A DNA stretch of 28,859 nucleotides from assembly GCA_043767805.1 (NCBI GenBank), contig JAYUGC010000108.1:1-28859 (forward strand). The letters run 5' to 3'. The translations under genes were made by a program, and so were the position numbers. This document shows positions 1 to 7,375 of this stretch, piece by piece. This stretch comes from Pseudomonadota bacterium. GTDB taxonomy: Bacteria; Bdellovibrionota; FAC87; UBA2466. Position 1 is the stretch's first letter. The number at the start of each line of letters is the position of its first letter. The notes beneath the pieces are model-generated. The model saw only the letters and a program-made list of their open reading frames with translations, was not told the origin of the DNA and did no database searches.

Positions 1-372
1 CCAGGCGTAGCGCATGGGAGTGAGGCAATAACAAACGTGCATCGCCCCCGGACGGACGATTACTCCCTTAGCGACGCAATGGCTCGTGGAGATCACCAAA
101 TCGAAGCCGTTGAGATCGAACTTTTCCACCGCCATCGGCAAGAGCGGCAAAAGGTAACGGTAATACCGATTCGACTTCGGAAGCCGGCCGAGAGGCGAAA
201 CATGAATGGGATGGCTCTCTATCTTCGTGCCGACCGATCCCTTGCGATGAAATAGGGTGAAGATCTCCGCGTGAGGGTAGAGCTCGCAGAGCGCTTCGAG
301 CACTTTTTCCCCGCCCCGGTAGGTGAGTAACCAGTCATGGACGAGGGCGACGCGATGTGGAGTGGTAGCCAT
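1..372 (-). CDS. Glycosyltransferase family 4 protein (N-terminal part; runs off the window)
   Basis: Not in the ORF track. Manual translation from ATG at 372: MATTPHRVALVHDWLLTYRGGEKVLEAL...FDLVISTSHCVAKG...CYCLTPMRYAW, the usual N-terminus of GT4 enzymes found beside WcaJ-type genes; starts 8 nt after the upstream gene's stop. Confidence 0.9.
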   Translation of the reverse strand, partial: MATTPHRVALVHDWLLTYRGGEKVLEALCELYPHAEIFTLFHRKGSVGTKIESHPIHVSPLGRLPKSNRYYRYLLPLLPMAVEKFDLNGFDLVISTSHCVAKGVIVRPGAMHVCYCLTPMRYAW

Positions 373-380
373 GTTTTTTC

Positions 381-1772
381 TCAGTACGCGTTCCGGTCCC
401 TAAAGCCACGGATCAAAGTGAGCATGAGGATCTTGATGTCGAACCTATGAGACCAGTGCCCGACGTAAAAGAGATCGTAGCGGATGCGCTCTTCGAGAGA
501 AGTGTCGCCGCGCCAGCCGTTTACCTGCGCCCAGCCCGTCACGCCGGACTTCATCTTATGCCTCAGCATGTAGCGCGGAATCTCTTCCCGGAACTGCTCG
601 ACGAAAACCGGCCGTTCGGGGCGTGGCCCTACGAGACTCATGTCGCCTTTTAGGGCGTTGAAGAACTGGGGGATCTCGTCAAGGCTGGTCTTTCTCATCC
701 AGCGGCCGATCGGCGTAGTACGTTCGTCCTCGGGCTTAGCCCATACCGGCCCCGACTGCGCTTCGGCATCCACTCGCATGGAGCGGAACTTGTAACACTT
801 AAATAGCTTCCCGTTCGCGCCGAGCCGCACTTGCGAATAGAAGACGGGGCCGCGCGAAGTCAGCTTCACTAGAATCGCCAGCACCAGAAATACCGGTGAG
901 AACAGAAGCATTAGCGCTATCGCGCCGACGATATCGAAGGTGCGCTTAAAGAAGCGGTCGGTCATCGAGATGGGAGGCCGGTTGAAGGAAAGGAGCGGAA
1001 TGCCGCACTCCTGTTCCGCATGGTAGGTGAAGGTGTTATCTCGGCCGAAGTCCGGCACGACCTTCACGTCGACCAGCTCTCGCGAGAGCTCCTGGAGCAG
1101 TTTCGCGTAGAGCGTCTCTTGATGGGGAGGGAAGGAAAGGACGACACCATCGACCGGCTGGCGCGAAAGCAAAGTCGGAAGGCGATCTAGATCTCCCAGA
1201 TAGGGGACCTTATCTTCCGCCGACGTCCTCGGTCCCAGTCGTCCCACCCACTCGATGGGGTAGGGGTCCGCGGTCCGAATCTTTTCGACGTACATGGTGA
1301 GCAAATCTCCGTGACCCACCAAAAGGATCCGAAGTTTGCGGATGTGGGAGAGGGCCATTCGCCACGCCGCATGCAAGATCAGGCGCTCCGAAATCACGGC
1401 CACGATGACGGAAAGGGCAAAGACGGTGAGAAATCCCCGGGAAACGTCCCGGATGCCGGTGAAATAGAGGGTCGAAACGAAGACCAAAGTCCCTAAAACG
1501 GAGCCTTGGATTACCTTTTTTAGGGGACGGAACCCGAAGGGAATGCGATCGGAACGGTAAGCCCCGACGATATGAAAAACCACGATGAAGACGAGGACCA
1601 AAGGAAGCGATGCGTCGCGGTACATCATGACGTCGGGAACCCCCTTGGGTACCGGCACCCACAGGGTCTCGAAGCGAAGTAGCCAGGTCAGACGCCAGAC
1701 GAGGAAAACCGTGAGGGCATCGCAGACTTTTACGGCGGTGGCGTAGAGAAAAAAAGCCTTGGCGTAGTTCAT
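381..1772 (-). CDS. wcaJ: Undecaprenyl-phosphate glucose phosphotransferase (priming glycosyltransferase, WcaJ/CpsE family)
   Basis: N-terminal TM helices, central CoA-binding-like region, C-terminal sugar transferase motifs KRTFD, KFRSM, SLDEIPQ, MSLVGPRPE, GVTGWAQVNG. Confidence 0.92.
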   Translation of the reverse strand: MNYAKAFFLYATAVKVCDALTVFLVWRLTWLLRFETLWVPVPKGVPDVMMYRDASLPLVLVFIVVFHIVGAYRSDRIPFGFRPLKKVIQGSVLGTLVFVSTLYFTGIRDVSRGFLTVFALSVIVAVISERLILHAAWRMALSHIRKLRILLVGHGDLLTMYVEKIRTADPYPIEWVGRLGPRTSAEDKVPYLGDLDRLPTLLSRQPVDGVVLSFPPHQETLYAKLLQELSRELVDVKVVPDFGRDNTFTYHAEQECGIPLLSFNRPPISMTDRFFKRTFDIVGAIALMLLFSPVFLVLAILVKLTSRGPVFYSQVRLGANGKLFKCYKFRSMRVDAEAQSGPVWAKPEDERTTPIGRWMRKTSLDEIPQFFNALKGDMSLVGPRPERPVFVEQFREEIPRYMLRHKMKSGVTGWAQVNGWRGDTSLEERIRYDLFYVGHWSHRFDIKILMLTLIRGFRDRNAY

Positions 1773-1827
1773 GGTATCGGGCGGAAGTTAACCATGAAGG
1801 CTTAACTGCCAACAACCGCTTTTTTAT

Positions 1828-1855
1828 TTGATTCGTCAGGTGAAAAAACTATAAT
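1828..1855 (+). promoter_or_regulatory. Putative sigma-70 promoter of ihfB
   Basis: TTGATT (1828-1833), 16 nt, TATAAT (1850-1855); GGAGG Shine-Dalgarno before the GTG at 1909. Confidence 0.55.
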
Positions 1856-1908
1856 AATAAGGTACTTAGGATGCAGTCCCGAACGGTATCGACCCCCACG
1901 GAGGCGAT

Positions 1909-2184
1909 GTGACGAAATCTGAATTGATCGAGCACCTGGCGCGTAAGGCAAATCTCACGAAAAAGAAGGCCGAGGAGCTGGTCAACACCATCTTCGATGC
2001 GTTCTTCATGTCGATGGTTAAAGGGGATCGCATCGAGATCCGCGGATTTGGGAGCTGGTTCGTAAAGAGCTACAAATCCTACGTCGGTCGTAATCCCAAG
2101 ACCGGAGCGGATGTCTTTGTTCCTGAAAAGAAGCTGCCCTTCTTCAAGGTCGGCAAGGAACTGAAAAAACGCATCGACTCGTAA
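1909..2184 (+). CDS. ihfB: Integration host factor beta subunit (HU/IHF family)
   Basis: MTKSELI..., RIEIRGFGS, GRNPKTG, PFFKVGKELK signature; 91 aa. Confidence 0.88.
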   Translation: MTKSELIEHLARKANLTKKKAEELVNTIFDAFFMSMVKGDRIEIRGFGSWFVKSYKSYVGRNPKTGADVFVPEKKLPFFKVGKELKKRIDS

Positions 2185-2190
2185 TTTTTT

Positions 2191-2248
2191 TTTGCCTTTT
2201 AAAAAGGCAAATAAAAACGGGGCCCCTTTCGGGAGCCCCGTTTTTTTT
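2191..2248. terminator. Bidirectional rho-independent terminator (two adjacent hairpins)
   Basis: TTTGCCTT/AAGGCAAA hairpin (2191-2211), then AAAAACGGGGC...GCCCCGTTTTTTTT (2213-2248) with A- and T-tracts on either side, between convergent genes. Confidence 0.85.
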
Positions 2249-2267
2249 GAACTTCGTTGCTTACCGC

Positions 2268-2885
2268 TTACTGAAAAGCGGAGCCCGCCGTCTTCGACAC
2301 CCGATACATCAGGTGAATCGCGCCGCCGGCAATGGCCGTGACGATGATGAATGTCAGGACGTTGAAGGAACCGTAATTGTTCGGCGCGATCATGCAAAAG
2401 AGCATGGGGCCGGACAGAAACGTGTTGATCTTGGAGAAGAAGGCCGCCCGTTTGGCGAGTCCCGCCATCTCCGGAGGCGCTTCCCCGCGCTTCGTCCAGC
2501 CGATGAGCTGCTTTTGCGCCGGCCAGATGATGAACCAGACGTTAAACCACATGATGGTGCCGAGCAGGGCGCCGATCAAAATCCAGATCGCCCGTCCGCT
2601 CAAGTTACCGTCGGCATCGAGCCACAAGTTGCCGTGCCCGTACTTCAAGAGAAGCAGCATCAACCCGACCAGGAAGGTCACCATGGCGCCCCAGCGGAAC
2701 CAAAACAGAGCCCGCGGGAGCAGCTCCGGATTCACTCTGGGCTTCAAATCCTTTTCGAGCTTCCCCTGGAAGGGGAGATTCACGAAATTGAAGAAGTAGA
2801 GCATTCCAATCCAGGTGATCCCCGCGAGGATGTGAATCCAACGGAGGAAAAAAAGCGTATTTGAATACCAGTCGTCGAGAGCCAT
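2268..2885 (-). CDS. Urate hydroxylase PuuD-family membrane protein (no C-terminal cytochrome c domain)
   Basis: RWIHILAGITWIG.LYFFNF, ALFWFRWGA, GTIMWFNVWFIIWPAQK motifs; no CxxCH. Start moved to ATG 2885 because AGGAG lies 10 nt upstream. Confidence 0.75.
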   Translation of the reverse strand: MALDDWYSNTLFFLRWIHILAGITWIGMLYFFNFVNLPFQGKLEKDLKPRVNPELLPRALFWFRWGAMVTFLVGLMLLLLKYGHGNLWLDADGNLSGRAIWILIGALLGTIMWFNVWFIIWPAQKQLIGWTKRGEAPPEMAGLAKRAAFFSKINTFLSGPMLFCMIAPNNYGSFNVLTFIIVTAIAGGAIHLMYRVSKTAGSAFQ

Positions 2886-3206
2886 GATCCCCAATCTCCT
2901 TTGATAGAACGAACTCAATAAAGTGTGGGCATTTCACCACTCTAACTCGTCGTGCGCTACCTTTTTCTTGGGACTGTAGAGGCCTTGTCTTCTCCTCTGA
3001 AACCTAACGCTAGTATTCACCGCGCACTCCGTGAATACACGGCGAGGGGCAGAGTTACCTGGGTGTTCTCGCGGTATGCACCCCCTGTTGGAAAACTGTC
3101 GTCGTTTTTACGACTCCTTTTCTCTTTGGTTCACGACGCTTAGCGCGAAGACCGTTAGTAGGGTGACGGTAAGATTTCTACTGTCTCGAATATCGTCGGT
3201 ATAAAA

Positions 3207-3219
3207 CATCAATGACTTA
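3207..3219 (+). promoter_or_regulatory. Putative IHF binding site
   Basis: cATCAAtgacTTA matches WATCAAnnnnTTR at all but the first base, has an upstream A-tract, and lies about 30 bp before a sigma-54 -24 element. Confidence 0.5.
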
Positions 3220-3247
3220 GGGTTTAGACTGGTTGTCTTCACCCCCC

Positions 3248-3263
3248 TGGCAGCAAACGTGCA
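3248..3263 (+). promoter_or_regulatory. Putative sigma-54 promoter of exported protein A
   Basis: TGGCAGCAAACGTGCA: GG-N10-GC spacing (GG 3249-50, GC 3261-62). Confidence 0.65.
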
Positions 3264-3300
3264 TTTTAGTCCTTCGAATAATTGCATCTGGGGGATTCAA

Positions 3301-4305
3301 ATGCCGGTACAGGCGGGCAAGAAAAAAGAAGGACGGAATTTTTACTCCGCCCTTCTCTGTGCCCTCCCCCTTCTGCTTGGGTCCGCTTCCGCGCACGCCG
3401 AATTGCAACAACAGCAACAAGGTGGCGTGGGCGGAGTCCTCAACGGCATTGCCGGTATCGCGGGCGCCTTGAGCGGCATCGGAACCGCGGCCATCGAAGC
3501 TTCGAAGGAGAGGGCCATCGAAGGAATTAATGCGGCGACTTCGGTCGCCACGACCCGCATCTCCGCCGATACGTCCATGTATATCTCGTCGAATAATACC
3601 CGCGTCGCTCTCGAGCAGACCTGGGCCGCGGAACGGATCAACGCTTACAATCAGCAATCGACCACGTCTCGTCTCGGCGCTCAGCTCGCCGAGCTCCGCT
3701 CCGCTCGCGAGAGCCAAGCTTCTCTAGAAAGAGAGCGGATGAAGAACGAGCGCGAGCTGAACGATATGCGCATCAATCTCGCCTATCAGCAGGCGGATGC
3801 GAACTATAAGCTCGCGCAAATGGGCTTGCAGTCCCAGCTCGTACAAGCGGGCCTCAGCACCGGTTTCGTCCGTAAGAACTCCGGCTCGTCGATAACGGCG
3901 ACCACGCTCCTTGGCGCTCGCATCCGCGAGGCCACGCAGCCGAACCGCTTGCTTTCGTCCATCGGAGCTCCGCCTCCTAACTACGGCACGCTCCCGGTCG
4001 CGCGCCTGCATCCGGCGCAACGCTACCCGAGCGCTTTGGCGGGAACTTTGTCGGCGAATGGCCTGGTGCGAGGCTCCAGCTTGGGTATGCCGGTGCGGCT
4101 CGCTTCCGCCTCTCCCATGCTCCAATCGGATTTGGTCAATTTTCAGCAAAGCGTCGCGCCTCGGTATGAGAACCGAGGCGAGATGCGTGCGCGCAGTAGT
4201 GTCCTTGTCGGGGGACTATCGCAGCAATCAGGTCACACCGGGTACGGCGTATCGGGCCGCCCGGTCATGGGCCGGCCTAGTGGTAGAGCGTTTGCGGAAC
4301 GTTAA
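3301..4305 (+). CDS. Exported hendecad coiled-coil protein A (unknown function; paralog of the C-terminal module of 4640..6979)
   Basis: Start reassigned to ATG 3301 (GGGGG SD-like run; downstream of the sigma-54 site). Signal peptide ending SASAHA|E, Gly/Ala hydrophobic helix, about 120-aa coiled coil, low-complexity tail. Confidence 0.8.
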   Translation: MPVQAGKKKEGRNFYSALLCALPLLLGSASAHAELQQQQQGGVGGVLNGIAGIAGALSGIGTAAIEASKERAIEGINAATSVATTRISADTSMYISSNNTRVALEQTWAAERINAYNQQSTTSRLGAQLAELRSARESQASLERERMKNERELNDMRINLAYQQADANYKLAQMGLQSQLVQAGLSTGFVRKNSGSSITATTLLGARIREATQPNRLLSSIGAPPPNYGTLPVARLHPAQRYPSALAGTLSANGLVRGSSLGMPVRLASASPMLQSDLVNFQQSVAPRYENRGEMRARSSVLVGGLSQQSGHTGYGVSGRPVMGRPSGRAFAER

Positions 4306-4526
4306 GCTTCCTCGGTTTTCCTTTCCCACACCATTGGCTTTTCCCGCACGGTGCCTGCGAATCAGTCGCAGTGTCGAAGGGCTGTACATCGCTAGCTCAT
4401 ACATTTCGGAGAGTTAGCGAAAATGCCTAAACGCGATCCTAAACCCTCATCAGCCGTCTAACAGACGCACAAAGTGAAACCTCAATCGGAATGCGGTTTT
4501 AAACACAGGTTGTCTTCAGGGGGGCT

Positions 4527-4542
4527 TGGCAAGGGAAGTGCA
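4527..4542 (+). promoter_or_regulatory. Putative sigma-54 promoter of exported protein B
   Basis: TGGCAAGGGAAGTGCA (GG 4528-29, GC 4540-41), preceded by the same GGTTGTCTTCA 11-mer as promoter A. Confidence 0.65.
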
Positions 4543-4639
4543 CTATTAGCCCAGTAGGAGCCCACGGCTCCTTTGCTGAACTCCCCGTTGTACGTAATCT
4601 CCCCACACATGCTCAAACGTTCCTTTTTTTGGGAATAGC

Positions 4640-6979
4640 ATGCATCACGGTTACGACATAAGAGTTCCCGGAGCCATCAGGAGAGTGCTTACCGCGCTTT
4701 CCCTCGGCTTGGCTCTCTGTCTCTCCGCCGAATCGCGTGCGATTAGCAGCGAAGGCCTGGTCGCCATGGCCTCAGTCCAGGGCGTACTCATTGCCATTGC
4801 CAACGTGAACCGCGCGATGCGCGACGCCGCTGAAAATCCGATGGATAAGTGGCGCCGTGAAGCCGTGCAATCCGCCATCCGCGCGATGCCTCCCGCGATC
4901 ATCGCCCTGGCCGCCGATTTCAAAGCCGGACAACTTCATGACAAAGACTTCCCCATGGTTCAGGCCATGCTGGGCGGCTTCGTCGATGTGAACGCGGCCG
5001 ATAACTACAAAAAGTTTTTGAACAAGCCCAGCGCCGATCTCATTCCGCAAGTGGGCAGCAATTTCCCGCAACAGTTCCTGGGCGGCGCTTCGGGCCCCTC
5101 GGGTCCTTCCGCGGGTCACCAAACCGTCACTTTTGACGACAATGCTTCCAAGGGCTCGGCTCCCGCTCCGGTCGCCATGGTCAACTCCACTTCCGAAGTG
5201 AAGGCCGCGGCGATGAAAGGCATCGGCGAGAAGCAAGACAAAGCCATGGACTCGCTCCGCGTGACTTTTGAAGACGAAGCCAAGAAGGCCGATGGTTCTT
5301 CCGTGCCCAAGGGCGAAACTAAGTTCGGCTTCAGCGCCGCGCCTGTCGACGACAGCACCATGAGCCGTCTCGAGCGCGCCATGGCCGCCTCGGTTTCCAA
5401 TCCTGCGAGACATTCCGCTTCGTCAGCTCAGGCCGGCTCCGCTAGCTCGGCTCTCACCGGTAGCGGCACGCTTATCCGGCGCGCTCCGGCCGCCGTCGAA
5501 AACTCTTTGGACGCGGACTTCTTCGGCAAGCCCGAGGATCTTAAAAAAGGGAAACCTCGCGCGGACTTCCATCTTAAAGTGAAGCCCAAGTACTGGCAGA
5601 TGAGCCCGTACATTCAGCTCATCGAAAGTTTGATGATTAAAGAGGCGCACGCCGAGGGCGGCTGCAAAGACTGCCAAGGCGGCGGGAAGGGGGGCGGCGG
5701 CGGACAACAAGCGGCGCAAATCCTCATGGGCATTGCGGCCATCATGGCGTCCATCGCGCCTATGATTGTCGCCGGCATCCAGGCCGACGCGGAAAAAGAA
5801 ATCGCGGCCACCCAAGCCAAGGCCCAAATCGAGATGACCAATATCTCGGCCAATACTTCCAAGTTTATATCGAACCAAAACACAGAGGTCACTTTACAAC
5901 AGACCGCGGCCGCCGAGCGCATCAACCGTTTGAACCAAGACGGCGTCAGCCAGCGCCTCGACATGCAGCTCGCCGAGCTCCGCAATGCGCGGGAAGACGC
6001 CGGTCAGCGCGAGAAAGATCGTTTGGCCGAGGAACAACGCTTGAACGGCCAGCGCATCGCGCTCGCGCAGAAGCAAGCCGACGATAACTTGAAGCTCGCG
6101 CGCCAAAGCTTGAATGCGCAGCTGACCCAAGCCGGTTTGACCTCCGGTTTCGGCAACTCCAGAAATTCCGGCAACGGCCTGACCTCGACGACTCTTGCCG
6201 GCAACGTCGGCACGACCGCGACGAAGGGCACGACTTCTTCGGCGAGCACGGCGACGGCCAGCACGAGCCGCGTCGGCGTAAAGGAAAGTAGGATTTCCTC
6301 TGCTTCGTCTTCCTCTTCGTCTTCTTCGGGTCTCGGCGTTTCGCTCGGCGATTCGGCTTCCGTCGCTTCGAGCGGCTCTAGCTCAGGCGGCGGCGCGGGA
6401 ATCACCATCGCCGATCGCATCCACGGCGGCTCCTCGTCGAACCGCGCGGCGTTGCCTGCGGCGGACGGCCGGTCTCGGCTTTTGACCTCGGCTTCGGGTG
6501 GTGTTCCTTCAGCGCCTGGCGCGAGCGCTTCCTCATCGGTTTCCTCGGGCTCGGCTTTGGCCGCGGCTAACGTCGTGCACGGCCCTGCTTCTTCCACGGC
6601 CGCCACGCGCGCCATCACGCCGGGCAAGCCTTTGGTCGCCTCGTCGAACGATGCGCGGGCTCTATCGGCTTTACTCAATGGCTCCGCTCACCGCGCGGTA
6701 CGCGGTTCCTCGAACGGCCAGCGCGTCGCGATTACGAGCAGCGACGCCAATATGCTGCTACCCGGTTCCACGAACTCTGATTTGACCAGCTTTACCGAAC
6801 AGGCCCAAACCGCCGACAGCACGAGCTTCGCGGCGACGAGACGCCCCAAGGTTTATCAAGATTCCTCACCGGGTCCCGAGGACCTGGTGGTGCGCACGGT
6901 GGCGAGTCCCAGCGGCGTGCACAATCCGCCCATCGCGGGCGCGAGCGGTCATGGAGGCTCCCGAGCCATCACAGACTAA
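4640..6979 (+). CDS. Large exported protein B with internal hendecad coiled-coil module and Ser/Gly-rich tail (unknown function)
   Basis: 779-aa ORF; N-terminal signal peptide (RRVLTALSLGLALCLSAESRA); block 5771-6151 aligns without gaps to 3487-3867 of protein A. Confidence 0.85.
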   Translation: MHHGYDIRVPGAIRRVLTALSLGLALCLSAESRAISSEGLVAMASVQGVLIAIANVNRAMRDAAENPMDKWRREAVQSAIRAMPPAIIALAADFKAGQLHDKDFPMVQAMLGGFVDVNAADNYKKFLNKPSADLIPQVGSNFPQQFLGGASGPSGPSAGHQTVTFDDNASKGSAPAPVAMVNSTSEVKAAAMKGIGEKQDKAMDSLRVTFEDEAKKADGSSVPKGETKFGFSAAPVDDSTMSRLERAMAASVSNPARHSASSAQAGSASSALTGSGTLIRRAPAAVENSLDADFFGKPEDLKKGKPRADFHLKVKPKYWQMSPYIQLIESLMIKEAHAEGGCKDCQGGGKGGGGGQQAAQILMGIAAIMASIAPMIVAGIQADAEKEIAATQAKAQIEMTNISANTSKFISNQNTEVTLQQTAAAERINRLNQDGVSQRLDMQLAELRNAREDAGQREKDRLAEEQRLNGQRIALAQKQADDNLKLARQSLNAQLTQAGLTSGFGNSRNSGNGLTSTTLAGNVGTTATKGTTSSASTATASTSRVGVKESRISSASSSSSSSSGLGVSLGDSASVASSGSSSGGGAGITIADRIHGGSSSNRAALPAADGRSRLLTSASGGVPSAPGASASSSVSSGSALAAANVVHGPASSTAATRAITPGKPLVASSNDARALSALLNGSAHRAVRGSSNGQRVAITSSDANMLLPGSTNSDLTSFTEQAQTADSTSFAATRRPKVYQDSSPGPEDLVVRTVASPSGVHNPPIAGASGHGGSRAITD

Positions 6980-7096
6980 AAGGAAAAAAGCTGCTTCGGG
7001 GGGTGGTCGTAAAGACCATACGAGTTGGGGGAAGGGACCGGGGGGTACCTTCCCCCTCTCATTTGTGGTCTCGTCGGCTTCGACGGGTAATCTAAT

Positions 7097-7166
7097 TTCT
7101 CATACTAGATCTAGATCTCATGCTGTCCCCTCGGGGGAAGAATGAGTTCTAGATCGAGAATTAGAA
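7097..7166. repeat. Imperfect 25-bp inverted repeat with hexamer periodicity
   Basis: Arms 7097-7121 and 7142-7166 are complementary at 21/25 positions; the loop contains TCCCC-TCG-GGGGA. Confidence 0.7.
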
Positions 7167-7221
7167 TGAGCTGTCCGCGGTTTGAGCAGTCTCCCGCCTT
7201 TAAGATCGTATACTTACGGTA

Positions 7222-7269
7222 TTCGCCTTCGGCGTCCCTCGATTCGTCGACACTTTCGCCTTCGGCGTC
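7222..7269. repeat. 15-bp direct repeat TTCGCCTTCGGCGTC (2 copies)
   Basis: Exact copies at 7222-7236 and 7255-7269; each contains the dyad CGCC-N3-GGCG. Confidence 0.8.
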
Positions 7270-7311
7270 TCCATAAAAACTCCTAATTCTCAATAGTTAC
7301 CATCGCTATCT

Positions 7312-7327
7312 TGGCTTGGGTCCTGCA
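7312..7327 (+). promoter_or_regulatory. Putative sigma-54 promoter of exported protein C
   Basis: TGGCTTGGGTCCTGCA (GG 7313-14, GC 7325-26). Confidence 0.55.
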
Positions 7328-7375
7328 ATTACAAGGCTTTGTATTCAGCTTGTGTACGCGCTTGGTGGGAAAACT

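Noticed and set aside
6190..6600. DNA tandem repeat in the Ser/Gly-rich tail of protein B
   Set aside because: Low complexity is at the amino-acid level with mixed codons; no discrete nucleotide repeat unit was seen.
7222..7269. Mini-CRISPR array
   Set aside because: Only two 15-bp repeats with an 18-bp gap, too short, and no cas genes.
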